A stretch of DNA of 64,000 nt from an uncultured Chloroflexia bacterium (GTDB lineage: Bacteria > Chloroflexota > Limnocylindria > QHBO01). Both the position numbers and the translations under genes were made by a program. Positions 49,495 through 61,509 of the stretch are shown here, in pieces (position 1 is the stretch's first letter; each line of letters starts with the position of its first letter). The stretch covers positions 544,001 to 608,000 of the forward strand of contig CAWGTN010000002.1 of assembly GCA_963825525.1 (NCBI GenBank). The letters run 5' to 3'. Under the pieces are notes generated by a model. The model was given only the letters and a program-made list of their open reading frames with translations, made no database searches and was not told the origin of the DNA.

Positions 49495-50796
49495 CTAGAC
49501 GAGGCGGCGACGGGGCTCGGCGGCGGCCGCATCGGCGCGGCGGTAGGACTCGGCCAGGATGGTGATGGGGTGGACCGTCGGGACGCCCGACGACTGCTCG
49601 ATCTGCCAGCGGCACGTCTCCGAGTCGCATGCCGCTCGCGAGGCCCCGGCAGCCTTCGCTGCACGCACCTTCTCGAACAGGGGCGCACCCACGTCATGGG
49701 CGATCTGCCAGCGCTCGGCCTTGAGCCCGTACGTCCCGGCCGCACCACAGCAGTCGTGATCGGAATCGGTGGCGCGCAGCCCGGGCACCAGGCCGAACAG
49801 CTCCATTGCCGGCAGCCCGATCCCGTGCGACTTGAGCTGGCAGGGCGGGTGGTACGGGAGCGGCTCGGCAATCGGCGCGAAGCCGGTGTCGAGCTCGCCG
49901 CGGTCGTGGAGATCGACGAGCAGCTCGCAGATGTCCCAGGTCGCATCGGCCACGGCAGTGGCATCTGCGTCGACCAGGTCGAGCATCTCGCGATACTCCG
50001 CCTTCAGCGCATGCGTGCACGACGTCGAGGTTCCGACGATCCGGTACCCCGCCCTCGCGTACTCCGCCAGTGACCCGAGGTTGCGTCGCGCCTTCTCGCG
50101 CGCCTGCGGGTAGAGCCCATTGGAGATGAACGGCAGGCCGCAGCACTCCTGGCGCGGCACGATCACCGTGAATCCGTTGCGCTCCAGGATCTCGACCGCG
50201 TCGCGGCCCAGGTCGGGCTCGAACCCGTTCACCGCGCAGCCGTGGAAGTAGACGACGGTGCGCGACGGGTCGTCTCCGGCGGCAAGGGTGGTGCGTCGCC
50301 GCTGCCGCTTCCACCACGATCCGAAGGTTCGACGCGCGAAGGGCGCCAGCGGCCCGCGCCGGTGAATCCCGAGCGTCTTCTCGCCGAACCAGCGCGCCAG
50401 ACGGTTCTTCAGGCCGATGTTCGCCAGCAGCGAGACCGGGACTCCCAGGCGGATCAGGAGATCGGTGTCGCTGATGAGCCGATTGCGGAGGCTGCTCCCC
50501 CGTTCCTCGACGATGGCCGCCCGCGCGCGGTTGTTCGTCTCGGCGATCAGGACGCCGGCCGGGCAGGCGCGGGTGCAGATCCCGCAGCCCGAGCACAGGT
50601 CCACGCTGTGGTCGGGGGCGTCCGACCCGACTCCCGGCCCTCGGAAGCGCTGCGCCTGCGGCCCGACATACTTCGGCCCCGGAAACTCGTCGGTGACGCG
50701 CGACACCGGGCAGGCCGTGTTGCAGACGTTGCACTTGATGCAGGCGTCGGTGCTGAACGGCGGGAACTCGCGGGTGGCGGCGTCATGGAACGTCAT
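49495..50796 (-). CDS. glpC: Anaerobic glycerol-3-phosphate dehydrogenase subunit C
   Basis: Two CxxCxxCxxxCP motifs, FPGPKY.GP, YFHGC, two CCG domains. Confidence 0.93.
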   Translation of the reverse strand: MTFHDAATREFPPFSTDACIKCNVCNTACPVSRVTDEFPGPKYVGPQAQRFRGPGVGSDAPDHSVDLCSGCGICTRACPAGVLIAETNNRARAAIVEERGSSLRNRLISDTDLLIRLGVPVSLLANIGLKNRLARWFGEKTLGIHRRGPLAPFARRTFGSWWKRQRRRTTLAAGDDPSRTVVYFHGCAVNGFEPDLGRDAVEILERNGFTVIVPRQECCGLPFISNGLYPQAREKARRNLGSLAEYARAGYRIVGTSTSCTHALKAEYREMLDLVDADATAVADATWDICELLVDLHDRGELDTGFAPIAEPLPYHPPCQLKSHGIGLPAMELFGLVPGLRATDSDHDCCGAAGTYGLKAERWQIAHDVGAPLFEKVRAAKAAGASRAACDSETCRWQIEQSSGVPTVHPITILAESYRRADAAAAEPRRRLV

Positions 50797-52061
50797 GCGG
50801 CTGCCCTCCGGTCCGCCAGCGAACGCGCGACCGCGTGCGCGCTGGCGATCGCCACCCCGTCGCCGCAGCGCTCATCGAGATAGCGCATGCCAGCGAGCGC
50901 GGAGCCGATGACCTGGACGTTCTCGAGGAGCGGGCCGCCCTCGGCATCCACCGGCCTCATCCGGTCGTCGACCGCGATGCCGAGCGACTCGATCGGGTGC
51001 GGCTGGAGAGGGTCATCGCTGAACCAGGCGTCGTCAGCGGGGGCGGTGACCGGAAGGCCGAAGACCCGCTCCTCGAGACGGCGACCCGGATGAGCCCGAA
51101 TCCCCTCGCCGGCGATCCCGCCCGTCGCGAGCACGAAGTGATCGGCGGCCAGGCGCAGGGTCCGCGAGGCCGCCTCGGTGTGGACCGCGGTGATCAACGA
51201 ACCGCGTCGCTCCACCTCCACCACGTCGAACCCGACCTGGATCCGTCCCCCAGCGGCCAGCAGGGCGGCCCGCAGCGCGTCGAACAGCCTCACGCCCGGG
51301 ATGGAGGGCGGCAGGCTCGGCATCTCGAACACGCGATGACCGAGCGCGCGCTCGGTGTCGCGGTGAACGGCCGCATGGTCCGTCACGCCGAGCACGGCGG
51401 GGAACCCGACGCGCCACGCACCGGCGGGCATCGCCCGCGCCATCACGCGCAATGCGTCGGCACGCCAGGTCGGATCGTCGAACCGGACGGCGAGATTCCG
51501 CGCGTTGAGGTTGTCCAGGGCACCGAGGCCAGGCAACTCAACCTCGATGGCCTCGATCCGGGATGGCCCGTGGTCCCAGTCCGAGGCGGCGAGGTTTCGC
51601 GCGGCGTACCCGGCCCATGCATCCCGATACCGGCCGATTCCCACCAGGAGCAGGCCCTCGTCCTCCCATGGTTCGGCTGCGGCGGCCTGTCCCGGCGGAA
51701 GGATGGCAGCGCGACGGAGCGCGCCGATCGGCGTCGGAATCGGCACGAGCGGGCTGTCGAGGTCACCGATCGGGGCGAGGCCCGCGTGGGCGAGCCGAGT
51801 GCGCTGCGCCTCGAGCGCCCCGGCCACGAGCGGCTCCAACCGCGCATACGGGTGCTCCCGCATGGCGGACAGTGCCCGAATGCCAGCTCGCGGCGTCGCC
51901 GCGCCTGCCACCGATGCCACGTCGGTTCCGCCATGGGTCCAGTGCGTGCTTGCCATGCCCTTGGCTGCCAGGAACACGGAGGCGCCGCGCTCCGCAAGCT
52001 CGGCCGCGCAGGCGAGCCCGGACAGGCCGGCACCGATGACCACGACGTCAGCGCTCGGCAT
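50793..52061 (-). CDS. glpB: Anaerobic glycerol-3-phosphate dehydrogenase subunit B
   Basis: IGAGLSG, FPAVLG, E.PSLPPS.PG.RL, LATGG, CG.GVA; lies between glpA and glpC. Confidence 0.9.
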   Translation of the reverse strand: MPSADVVVIGAGLSGLACAAELAERGASVFLAAKGMASTHWTHGGTDVASVAGAATPRAGIRALSAMREHPYARLEPLVAGALEAQRTRLAHAGLAPIGDLDSPLVPIPTPIGALRRAAILPPGQAAAAEPWEDEGLLLVGIGRYRDAWAGYAARNLAASDWDHGPSRIEAIEVELPGLGALDNLNARNLAVRFDDPTWRADALRVMARAMPAGAWRVGFPAVLGVTDHAAVHRDTERALGHRVFEMPSLPPSIPGVRLFDALRAALLAAGGRIQVGFDVVEVERRGSLITAVHTEAASRTLRLAADHFVLATGGIAGEGIRAHPGRRLEERVFGLPVTAPADDAWFSDDPLQPHPIESLGIAVDDRMRPVDAEGGPLLENVQVIGSALAGMRYLDERCGDGVAIASAHAVARSLADRRAAA

Positions 52062-53664
52062 CGTTGCCACGAATCACGTCGGGGAGGGCATCGCTGGCCA
52101 GGGTTCCGCGAAAGATGCCGGCCGCCAGGAAGACCTCGGTCATCTGGTCGCCCCAGGCAATCGGCCGAGTGCCGTGGAATCGCTCCGCCGCGAAGCTTCG
52201 GAGAGCAGAGTTCGCATCCGGAGCGGCAGGGTCCAGGCGTCCCGCTGCGCGACGCTCGTCGAGCATGGCCGCGGCCCGAGGCATGCAGAACGCCCCCTGG
52301 CACGGGCCCATTCCGAGCCGGGTCGTTCGCCGCAGGTCGTCGAGAGAGGAGTCGGCACGTGCGTCCAACGCCCGCGTCAGACGGGCGCGAGTCACGAGCT
52401 CGCATTCGCAGACGAGGTCCGCGTCGCCGCCACCGTCGGCTTCGACAGCCGCCAGCCGGTCGCCCAGCCAGTACGGGCTATGACCCGCCGGCTCCGGGAG
52501 CGGCTCATCCGCGGTCCGACAGGGAGCGTCGTTGCCGAGAGCGGTGGCCACGGCATCGACGGCGTCGCGGGCCATGAGCCGGTAGGTCGTCAGCTTGCCG
52601 CCCACGATGCTCCACAGGCCGGGTACTCCGTCCCGCTTGCCGTGGTCGATGACATGGTGGGCGCGGCTGATCTCGCGCGACTCGTCATGGGCGGGCGTGC
52701 CGCTGACCTCGTCGGCGTCGTAGAGCGGGCGCGATCCGGCATACGCGCGCAGGACACGGGCTCCGCTGATCCCGGGCACCAGGCGCTCGCCATCGGCCAG
52801 GAGCGCCGCGACCTCGGCGTCGGTGACGACGGCATCGTCCGGGTTCTCGCCGGTGATGTCGGTGGTGCCCAGGATGCAGACGGTATGGACCGGCACGATG
52901 ATGTCGCCGTCCCCGGGCGGCGCAAGGCGGTTGATGACGGCCGAGGTGAACCGGCGGTTGAAGATGAGCATCGAGCCCTTTCCCGGGCTCATGGTGAGGG
53001 CCGCGCCGGCCAGCGCAGCCACCTGGCCGGCCCAGGCACCGGACGCCGACACGACCGCACGACACGCAATCGTCTCCTGCTCGCCGGTCCGGGTGTCGCG
53101 CGTCGTGACGGCGGAGACCGCCCCCGACGAGTCGAGCTCGAAGCCGATGACGGCGCGGTATCGGTGCGCGTTTGCCCCATGCTCCCGCGCGCTGGCCAGG
53201 GTCGCATCGACCAGCTCCCACGGCTCGAGGGCCGCATCGGGCACCCGGTAGGCCGCGCGAACCTGCCGATTCAGGAGCGGCTCGTCGCGAAATAGCTGGT
53301 CGAGCGCGACCGGTTCCGCCTCGATCCCGGCCGCGGCGCAGGCCGCCGGAAACCGGTCGAGGTAGTCGTCAGGGTCGTCGGGCGTGGCCACGAAATAGCC
53401 ACCGGTCGGCTCGATGGTGCCGGGGGCGATACGGCGCAGCACCGCGTTCTCCTCGACGCAGTGGCGCGCGGAGACCGGGTCGCTCTCGACATACCGCGCA
53501 CCCGAATGCAGGAGTCCGTGGTAGCGGCCGCTCGTTCCCGACGCAAAGTCGCCGCGCTCCACGAGCGTCGCGCTCAGGCCGCGCATGGCCAGGTCGCGCA
53601 GCACCCCGGCACCGGTCGCACCGCCGCCGATGACGACGACATCGACCTCGGGACCGGCAGACAT
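52048..53664 (-). CDS. glpA: Anaerobic glycerol-3-phosphate dehydrogenase subunit A
   Basis: IGGGATG, GTSGR.HGLLHSGARY, GGKLTTYRLMA, C-terminal VCECE...TRLGMGPCQG.FC. Confidence 0.95.
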   Translation of the reverse strand: MSAGPEVDVVVIGGGATGAGVLRDLAMRGLSATLVERGDFASGTSGRYHGLLHSGARYVESDPVSARHCVEENAVLRRIAPGTIEPTGGYFVATPDDPDDYLDRFPAACAAAGIEAEPVALDQLFRDEPLLNRQVRAAYRVPDAALEPWELVDATLASAREHGANAHRYRAVIGFELDSSGAVSAVTTRDTRTGEQETIACRAVVSASGAWAGQVAALAGAALTMSPGKGSMLIFNRRFTSAVINRLAPPGDGDIIVPVHTVCILGTTDITGENPDDAVVTDAEVAALLADGERLVPGISGARVLRAYAGSRPLYDADEVSGTPAHDESREISRAHHVIDHGKRDGVPGLWSIVGGKLTTYRLMARDAVDAVATALGNDAPCRTADEPLPEPAGHSPYWLGDRLAAVEADGGGDADLVCECELVTRARLTRALDARADSSLDDLRRTTRLGMGPCQGAFCMPRAAAMLDERRAAGRLDPAAPDANSALRSFAAERFHGTRPIAWGDQMTEVFLAAGIFRGTLASDALPDVIRGNDAER

Positions 53665-54263
53665 TACGCGTCGCCGCGAAGGAGTGGCAGCGATCCTCGC
53701 AGGTAGTCCCAGCCGGAGACGACAGTCAGCACGGTGGCGGCGATCATGGTCCAGAAGCCCGCGGTGCGCATCGTGTCCTCGAGGCCGCCGATCGCGCGCG
53801 TCGGGCCGCCCGTCGCGGCGTCCCATGCCAGCAGCAGGAGTGCCATCCCCGCCAGCGTGACGAGGGTCTTGGCCTTGCCGAGCGGGCGGGCCGGGATGAC
53901 CATATCGGCGGCGGCGGCAGCCTGGCGGATCCCGGCGATGACCAGCTCGCGCACCAGGATGGTGGCCACGATCCAGGTCGGCAGCAGGTTGACCTCGACC
54001 ATGGCGACCAGCACGCCGGCCACGAGCACCTTGTCGGCGGTGAGGTCCATGAACACGCCGAGGGGCGACACCTCGCCCCGCGCGCGGGCGACCCAGCCGT
54101 CGAAGAAGTCGGTGAGGGCGGCGGCCGCAAACAGGAAGAAGGCGGCAAGCCCGAAGCCAGGCTCGGCCAGCAGGATCAGGGCGATGACGATCGGGGTGGC
54201 GGCAATCCGGGCCAGGCCGAGCAGGTTGGCGGGTGATCCGATGCGTGCCGGCGTGGGTCTCAT
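53664..54263 (-). CDS. pgsA: CDP-diacylglycerol--glycerol-3-phosphate 3-phosphatidyltransferase
   Basis: N.L...RI, TDFFDG.VAR......LG..MD..ADK CDP-alcohol motif, RE..I.G.R, GK.KT. Confidence 0.88.
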   Translation of the reverse strand: MRPTPARIGSPANLLGLARIAATPIVIALILLAEPGFGLAAFFLFAAAALTDFFDGWVARARGEVSPLGVFMDLTADKVLVAGVLVAMVEVNLLPTWIVATILVRELVIAGIRQAAAAADMVIPARPLGKAKTLVTLAGMALLLLAWDAATGGPTRAIGGLEDTMRTAGFWTMIAATVLTVVSGWDYLRGSLPLLRGDA

Positions 54264-54266
54264 CGT

Positions 54267-55934
54267 TCATGACGCCTCCATCATGGCGCGAACGTCACGT
54301 GCCGACGAGAGCGTCATGGCACGCTCCGCGCCTTCGCGAAGTTCCAGGAGCGATCGGCCGCCGACGGCTCGCTTGACCGCGTTGAACGATCCGGGTGCCA
54401 TCGACAGCTCGTCCACGCCGAGGCCGATGAGCAGCTGCGCTCCGACCGGGTCCCCCGCCAGCTCCCCGCAGACCGCGACCTCGCACGTCCCGGCACCGCG
54501 ACGGGCTCCGTCCACCACGTGGCGCACGGCGCGCAGCACGGCCGGGTGCAGGGCATCCTGGCGGCCGGAGAGGGCCGCGTTCGTGCGGTCCGCGGCGAGG
54601 AGATACTGGGTCAGGTCGTTGGTGCCGATGCTCATGAAGTCCACTCGTGCGGCGAGCTCGTCGGCAAGCAGCACCGCCGACGGGATCTCGACCATGATGC
54701 CCGTTCTCGGCGCCGGTGCGCCCGGGATATCGCGCCGGGCTGCCGCGATGAGCTCGAGGACCAGCTCCACGTCGCCGGCATCGGCCACCATCGGCGCCAT
54801 GATCGAGGCCGGCCGGCCGGTCGCTTCGGATGCCCGCAGGATGGCCCGCAGCTGATCGGCGAACAGCCCAGGGAAGCCTGCGGCCAGCCGAATGGCGCGC
54901 ACGCCGAGGAACGGGTTGGCCTCCGGCGGGATCGAGACGTAGGCGAGAGGCTTGTCGCCGCCGATGTCGGCCAGGCGGAAGGTGACCGGTGCGACCCCCG
55001 CGGCATCGAGCACCTGCCGATACGCCGCCGATTGCTCCGTCTCGCTCGGGGCATCCGCTCGCCCCGCGAATGCGAACTCGGTTCGAAACAGGCCGATGCC
55101 CTCCGCCCCCGCCGCGAACGCGGGCGCAGCCTCGCTCGGCGTGCCGATGTTGGCGGCCAGCAGCACCCGATGACCGTCCTGCGTCACCAAGGGCCGGCCA
55201 CGGAACTCCAGATCTGCGTCCCGTTGCGCCTGGCCGGCGCGAGATGCAGCCTCGAGGCGGGCTCGATCGTCCGGGCCGGGATCCAGGATGACCTGGCCCG
55301 TGTCGCCGTCGATCGCCAGCTCTCCGACCCCGGTGACGCGCTCCATGACCTCGGGCACGCCCACGACCGCCGGGATGCCGAGCGAGCGGGCCAGGATCGC
55401 AGCATGCGATGTGCGCGAGCCACCCTGGAGCACGATCCCGGCGAGGAATGATCGGTCGAGCTCCACCGTCACCGATGGTGCCAGGTCCTCGGCCACCACG
55501 ATCGAGCGTCGCTCGAGCCGTGGCGCCGACAGTCCGGCCACGTGCCGGGCGATGCGCTGGGCAACGTCGCGGACGTCGGCTGCCCGCGCCGCCAGGGTCT
55601 CGTCGTCCATAGCAGCGAACACGGCCGCGATCTCCTCCCCGCTCGCGAGAATCGCCGTCATGGCGTCCGTGCCGGCGGCAATCCGTGCCTCGGTGGCGTC
55701 GATCAGCTCCGGGTCCTGCGCCATCATCGCCTGCGCGTTCAGGATCTCGGCCTCCGTCTCGTGGCCGCCTTCACGCAGCGAGGAGGCCAGCCGCTCGAGC
55801 TCGGCCGCAGCGACCGATGCCGCCTCCGGTATCGGGAGCGTATGGTTGCCGCCCCCCGTCACCGGCCGATGGATCCACGGCGCGCCGATGGCCACGCCCG
55901 GAGCGGCGCCCGTCCCGCGCAGCTCCGACGTCAT
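54267..55934 (-). CDS. ptsI: PTS enzyme I (PEP-protein phosphotransferase)
   Basis: TSHAAILAR phospho-His, GIGLFRTEF, DIGGDK, EANPFLG.R.IR, SIGTNDLTQY, VCGE. Confidence 0.95.
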   Translation of the reverse strand: MTSELRGTGAAPGVAIGAPWIHRPVTGGGNHTLPIPEAASVAAAELERLASSLREGGHETEAEILNAQAMMAQDPELIDATEARIAAGTDAMTAILASGEEIAAVFAAMDDETLAARAADVRDVAQRIARHVAGLSAPRLERRSIVVAEDLAPSVTVELDRSFLAGIVLQGGSRTSHAAILARSLGIPAVVGVPEVMERVTGVGELAIDGDTGQVILDPGPDDRARLEAASRAGQAQRDADLEFRGRPLVTQDGHRVLLAANIGTPSEAAPAFAAGAEGIGLFRTEFAFAGRADAPSETEQSAAYRQVLDAAGVAPVTFRLADIGGDKPLAYVSIPPEANPFLGVRAIRLAAGFPGLFADQLRAILRASEATGRPASIMAPMVADAGDVELVLELIAAARRDIPGAPAPRTGIMVEIPSAVLLADELAARVDFMSIGTNDLTQYLLAADRTNAALSGRQDALHPAVLRAVRHVVDGARRGAGTCEVAVCGELAGDPVGAQLLIGLGVDELSMAPGSFNAVKRAVGGRSLLELREGAERAMTLSSARDVRAMMEAS

Positions 55935-56221
55935 TCCGGCTCCAGGTCCTCGCCCAGGCCAGCGGACACGAGCTCGACGAGAGCCTCGACCGTCGCCTCG
56001 GCATCGGCCCCATCGGCGGCAATCCTGATCCGATGCCCCGATGACACCCCGAGCCCCATCACACCGAGCACGCTCTTGGCGCTTGCCGATTTCTCGGGGT
56101 TGCGGGTGAGATTGGTGACGGTGATATCGGCACCGAACGCAGCGGCCGCCCGAACGAAGGTGGCTGCCGGTCGCGCGTGCAGACCTGACGGGTTGCGGAC
56201 AACGACCTCACGCTCGGCCAT
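55931..56221 (-). CDS. ptsH: Phosphocarrier protein HPr
   Basis: GLHARPA (His15) and AKSVLGVM (Ser46). Confidence 0.95.
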   Translation of the reverse strand: MAEREVVVRNPSGLHARPAATFVRAAAAFGADITVTNLTRNPEKSASAKSVLGVMGLGVSSGHRIRIAADGADAEATVEALVELVSAGLGEDLEPE

Positions 56222-56846
56222 CGGTGGTCACCTGCTCCTTCTGCCCGATCTTGCGTTCGGTTCCCGCCCGAAGTCGACCGATGTTGTCGGCATGGGCGGC
56301 GATCACGAGCAGCCCGGAGGCCAGCGCGTAGATGATCGCCGGCGCTGTGGCCAGACCCACGAGCGCAAGGGTGCCGGTGATCAGCGGTGCCAGCAGCCCG
56401 CCGGTGACGGATCCGAGCGAGACGTAGCGCGTCCGCCACATGATGCCGAAGACGATCGGGACCATGATCACGATGGTCAGCGGGCTCATGGCACCCAGTG
56501 CTCCCGCCGATGTGGCGACTCCCCGACCTCCGGTGAACCCGATGAAGACCGACCAGTTGTGGCCCACGATCGCCGTGAACCCCGCGGCGGCGGCGGCCCA
56601 GTCGACCAGCGGGTCGCCCGCGAAGATGAGACGCGCGATGAGCACCGCGGCGACGCCTTTCGTCACGTCGAGCACGAACACCAGGGCTGCCGCCGGTGCC
56701 CCCAGTGTCCGAAGCGCGTTCGTTGCGCCGGTTCGGTGTGACCCGTATTCGCGCAGGTCGATTCCGCGGGTCAGGCGGCCGATCAGCAGCCCGAACGGTA
56801 TGGCGCCCAGCACGTAGCCGATGAGCGCCGCCAGGACGATGCTCAC
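56208..56846 (-). CDS. plsY: Glycerol-3-phosphate acyltransferase PlsY
   Basis: Y.LG.IPFG, DLR..GS..TGATN..R, D..KG, GH.WS.F..F.GG.GVAT, H..NI.RL..G.E.K. Confidence 0.93.
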   Translation of the reverse strand: MSIVLAALIGYVLGAIPFGLLIGRLTRGIDLREYGSHRTGATNALRTLGAPAAALVFVLDVTKGVAAVLIARLIFAGDPLVDWAAAAAGFTAIVGHNWSVFIGFTGGRGVATSAGALGAMSPLTIVIMVPIVFGIMWRTRYVSLGSVTGGLLAPLITGTLALVGLATAPAIIYALASGLLVIAAHADNIGRLRAGTERKIGQKEQVTTDGRA

Positions 56847-57280
56847 GATCGACCGCCGAGCTTGTCCATGCCCCCGGCCTCGTCGGCGGCTGCGCGAACC
56901 CCGTCCAGGTCATCACCGGCCGACGCCTGGACCGCCGCGACGAAGGTCCCCTCGACCAACGGCCCGTTTGATATCGCCACGCGTGACGCGAGATCGGGAT
57001 CGAGGATGTCATCGAGGGCAGTCGCCGCGGACAGCACGGCGCCGCCGAGATCCGCCAGGATGAGGACGCCCGCCCCGGCGTCCGCGCGGGTCACGGCATC
57101 CGCGATGCGCACCGCGTCGGTCCCGACGCTGCCGTCCTCGAGTCCTCCTGCCGCCACGATTCGGGGGCCGTCTGACGACAGGTTCGCCAGCTGCGATACG
57201 AGGTGAACGGTCGCGTCCGCCACGTCCGACGAGTGCGAGACGACCACGATGCCAACCGCGGCCCGAACGTCATCGGTCAT
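56843..57280 (-). CDS. dhaM: PTS-dependent DHA kinase phosphotransferase subunit (EIIA-mannose type)
   Basis: VGIVVVSHS, AAGG..DG..GTD, DLG.A...A, PLVEG. Confidence 0.9.
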   Translation of the reverse strand: MTDDVRAAVGIVVVSHSSDVADATVHLVSQLANLSSDGPRIVAAGGLEDGSVGTDAVRIADAVTRADAGAGVLILADLGGAVLSAATALDDILDPDLASRVAISNGPLVEGTFVAAVQASAGDDLDGVRAAADEAGGMDKLGGRS

Positions 57281-57303
57281 GCCGGTGCCTCCGTGGAGTA
57301 ACG

Positions 57304-57338
57304 GGGCCCGGGACGATCAGGCGATCGATCCCGGGCCC
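57304..57338. terminator. Strong GC stem-loop between glpK and dhaM (attenuator or mRNA stabiliser)
   Basis: GGGCCCGGGA-CGATC-aggc-GATCG-a-TCCCGGGCCC; no clear U-tract. Confidence 0.45.
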
Positions 57339-57354
57339 GACATGGATCGCCGTT

Positions 57355-58860
<1,506 letters not shown>

Positions 58861-58904
58861 CTATGTCGCTGTTCCGTGTCGCCGTTCTGTGTCGCCGTCG
58901 GCCG

Positions 58905-59537
58905 TCAGGCGCTGACGGCGTCGCGGAGCGACTCGAACATCACGGTGGTCGAGGTCGCCCCCGGGTCCTGGTGATTCGCCGATCGCTCACCGAGATAGCT
59001 CGCCCGACCCTTGCGGGCGACGAGCGGGGTGATCCGGTCGCGACCGATCGCCGCGGCGCCGGCAGCCGCTGCAAGAGCCGCGCCGATCCCCTCGGCGGCA
59101 GAGGCGTCGTACGCGTCGACCGCCGGAGTCATGGCATCGACCATGGTCTTGTCGTCAAGATTTGCCTTCCCCCGCTGGACGACACCCTCGAGTCCGGCCC
59201 GCAGCGCCGCACCGAGCCCCGAGGCATCCGTCGCGGCCTGCTCACCGAACGCAGTGGCGAGGCGGAGGAAGAACGTGCCGTACAGCGGGCCGGAGGCGCC
59301 GCCGACCGTCGAGATGAGCGTCATCCCGACAGTCTTGGCGGTCGCCCCGAGGTCCGTCTCGCCGTCGAGCTCCCCGAGCTTGGCGCGGACCGCGGTGAAC
59401 CCGCGATCCATGTTGATCCCGTGATCGGCGTCGCCGATGGCCGAGTCCAGGTCCGTGAGCTCCCCGCGGAGCGCGTGGAGGCGATCGGCGAACAGCTCGA
59501 CGAAGCGCCGCAGTGCCTGGGAGTCGAACGTTGTCAT
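58905..59537 (-). CDS. dhaL: Dihydroxyacetone kinase ADP-binding subunit
   Basis: LT.LD.AIGDADHG.NM.RGF, GGASGPLYG, DKTM.D, GRASYLGERS....DPGA.S. Confidence 0.95.
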   Translation of the reverse strand: MTTFDSQALRRFVELFADRLHALRGELTDLDSAIGDADHGINMDRGFTAVRAKLGELDGETDLGATAKTVGMTLISTVGGASGPLYGTFFLRLATAFGEQAATDASGLGAALRAGLEGVVQRGKANLDDKTMVDAMTPAVDAYDASAAEGIGAALAAAAGAAAIGRDRITPLVARKGRASYLGERSANHQDPGATSTTVMFESLRDAVSA

Positions 59538-59548
59538 CGGCTCCGTGC

Positions 59549-60547
59549 TCAGGCTCCCCAGCGCAGCGCCGGGGTGTGGACCGGCGCATCCCACAGGCGC
59601 AGCATCTCGTCGTCGACCTTGAGCATGGTGATGCTCGCGCCCGCCATCTCGAGGCTGGTGATGTAGTTGCCGATGAGGTTGCGCTCGATGGTCACGCCGC
59701 GGTCGCGGCACATCGCCGCCACCTTGTTGTAGACCACGTACAGCTCGATGAGCGGCGTCCCACCCATCCCGTTCACGAAGGCGATCACCCGATCGCCCGA
59801 GTTGAACGGCAGGTCGTCGAGGATCGGGGTCAGGAGTGACTCGGTGATCTCGTCCGCACTCGCCAGCTTGCGGCGCTCGCGTCCCGGCTCGCCATGGATG
59901 CCGACACCGATCTCCATCTCGTCGTCGCCGATCTCGAAGGTCGGCTTGCCAGCCGCCGGGACGGTGCAGCTCGTGAGCGCCATGCCCATCGATCGCACGT
60001 TGTCCTGCACCTTCTGGCACAGGGCCGTCACGGCGGCGAGATCCTGTCCCTCCTCCGCGGCAGCGCCCACGATCTTCTCTGCCAGCACCGTTCCACCCAC
60101 CCCGCGGCGCCCCGCGGTGTAGAGCGAGTCCTGGACCGCGACGTCATCGGCGATGACGACGCTGGTGACCTCGATCCCCTCGGCCTGGGCCAACTCGGCC
60201 GCAAGCTCGAAGTTCATGACGTCGCCGGTGTAGTTCTTCACGATGTGGAGTACGCCGGCTCCACCATCGACGGCCTTCGTGGCCGCGAGCATCTGGTCCG
60301 GAACCGGGGAGGTGAAGACGGCCCCCGGGCAGGCCGCGTCGAGCATTCCGAGCCCAACGAATCCCCCGTGCATCGGCTCGTGCCCCGAGCCGCCGCCGGA
60401 GATGATGCCAACCTTGCCGGAGCGCGGAGCATCGGCCCGCACCACGACGTTCGGCTCGATCACTCGGAGCAGGTCCGGGTGGGCAGCCGTCATCCCGGCG
60501 AGCGCCTCGTCGACGACAGCCTCGGCGTCGTTGATCAGCTTCTTCAT
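59549..60547 (-). CDS. dhaK: Dihydroxyacetone kinase DHA-binding subunit
   Basis: [41 protein letters not shown]. Confidence 0.97.
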   Translation of the reverse strand: MKKLINDAEAVVDEALAGMTAAHPDLLRVIEPNVVVRADAPRSGKVGIISGGGSGHEPMHGGFVGLGMLDAACPGAVFTSPVPDQMLAATKAVDGGAGVLHIVKNYTGDVMNFELAAELAQAEGIEVTSVVIADDVAVQDSLYTAGRRGVGGTVLAEKIVGAAAEEGQDLAAVTALCQKVQDNVRSMGMALTSCTVPAAGKPTFEIGDDEMEIGVGIHGEPGRERRKLASADEITESLLTPILDDLPFNSGDRVIAFVNGMGGTPLIELYVVYNKVAAMCRDRGVTIERNLIGNYITSLEMAGASITMLKVDDEMLRLWDAPVHTPALRWGA

Positions 60548-60639
60548 TCGATCGTCGCTCCTTCCGCGTGGGCGGCATGCGTCGTTGAGATGGAAACGCG
60601 GCGGGTGTCACCCGCCGCGTTCGAGTCCCTGGCCGAGCG

Positions 60640-61377
60640 TCAGCCGAGGAGGTAGTTCGTGAACACCGCCTGGTACACGACTGCCCCGAGGATGCCGCCG
60701 ACGATCGGCCCCACCACCGGGATCCAGCTGTACGACCAGTCCGAGCTTCCCTTGCCGGGAATCGGCAGGACCGCGTGGGCGATCCGAGGACCAAGGTCAC
60801 GAGCCGGGTTGATCGCATAGCCGGTCGGGCCGCCGAGTGAGAGGCCGATGGCCCACACCAGGAAGCCGATGAGCAGCGCTGCGAGACCCGGTGCCAGCTC
60901 GTTCTGAACGATGGCCAGCACGCCGAACACCAGCATGAACGTGCCGATGATCTCGCTCACCAGGTTCGAGACCGTGTTGCGGATCGCCGGACCGGTCGAG
61001 AAGACCGCGAGCTTCAGCCCGGGATCCTCCGTCTCCGCCCAGTGCGGCATGTAGTGGAGGAAGACGATCACGGCGCCGATGAACGCACCGACGAACTCGC
61101 CGGCCAGGTACCACGGCACGACGCCCCAGTCGGTCAGGCCGATCGACGCGAGGCCGATGGTCACCGCCGGATTCAGATGCGCCCCGGTGAGGTTGATGAT
61201 CGTGTAGACGGCGATCGCGACGGCCAGGGCCCAGCCGGTGGTGATGACGATCCAGCCCGCGTTCTGGGCCTTGGATCGAGTGAGGAGGACGCCGGCGACG
61301 ACACCGTCGCCAAGGATGATCAGGACCGCGGTGCCGAATACTTCGGCGAGCATGATCTGAAAGCCATCGGTCAGCAT
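60640..61377 (-). CDS. glpF: Glycerol uptake facilitator (aquaglyceroporin)
   Basis: HLNPAVT and TGYAINPARD.GPR NPA motifs. Confidence 0.96.
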   Translation of the reverse strand: MLTDGFQIMLAEVFGTAVLIILGDGVVAGVLLTRSKAQNAGWIVITTGWALAVAIAVYTIINLTGAHLNPAVTIGLASIGLTDWGVVPWYLAGEFVGAFIGAVIVFLHYMPHWAETEDPGLKLAVFSTGPAIRNTVSNLVSEIIGTFMLVFGVLAIVQNELAPGLAALLIGFLVWAIGLSLGGPTGYAINPARDLGPRIAHAVLPIPGKGSSDWSYSWIPVVGPIVGGILGAVVYQAVFTNYLLG

Positions 61378-61509
61378 GCAAGTTCCCTCTCGGTGCGGAA
61401 TGACGTGATCCGCCGGCCGGCGTTCATGCGCGGCCGGGTGGCGACGGCGTCAGCTCGGCGACACGCACCTCCTTCGGTGCCACGCGGGCGCACTCATCTC
61501 ATCCATCGG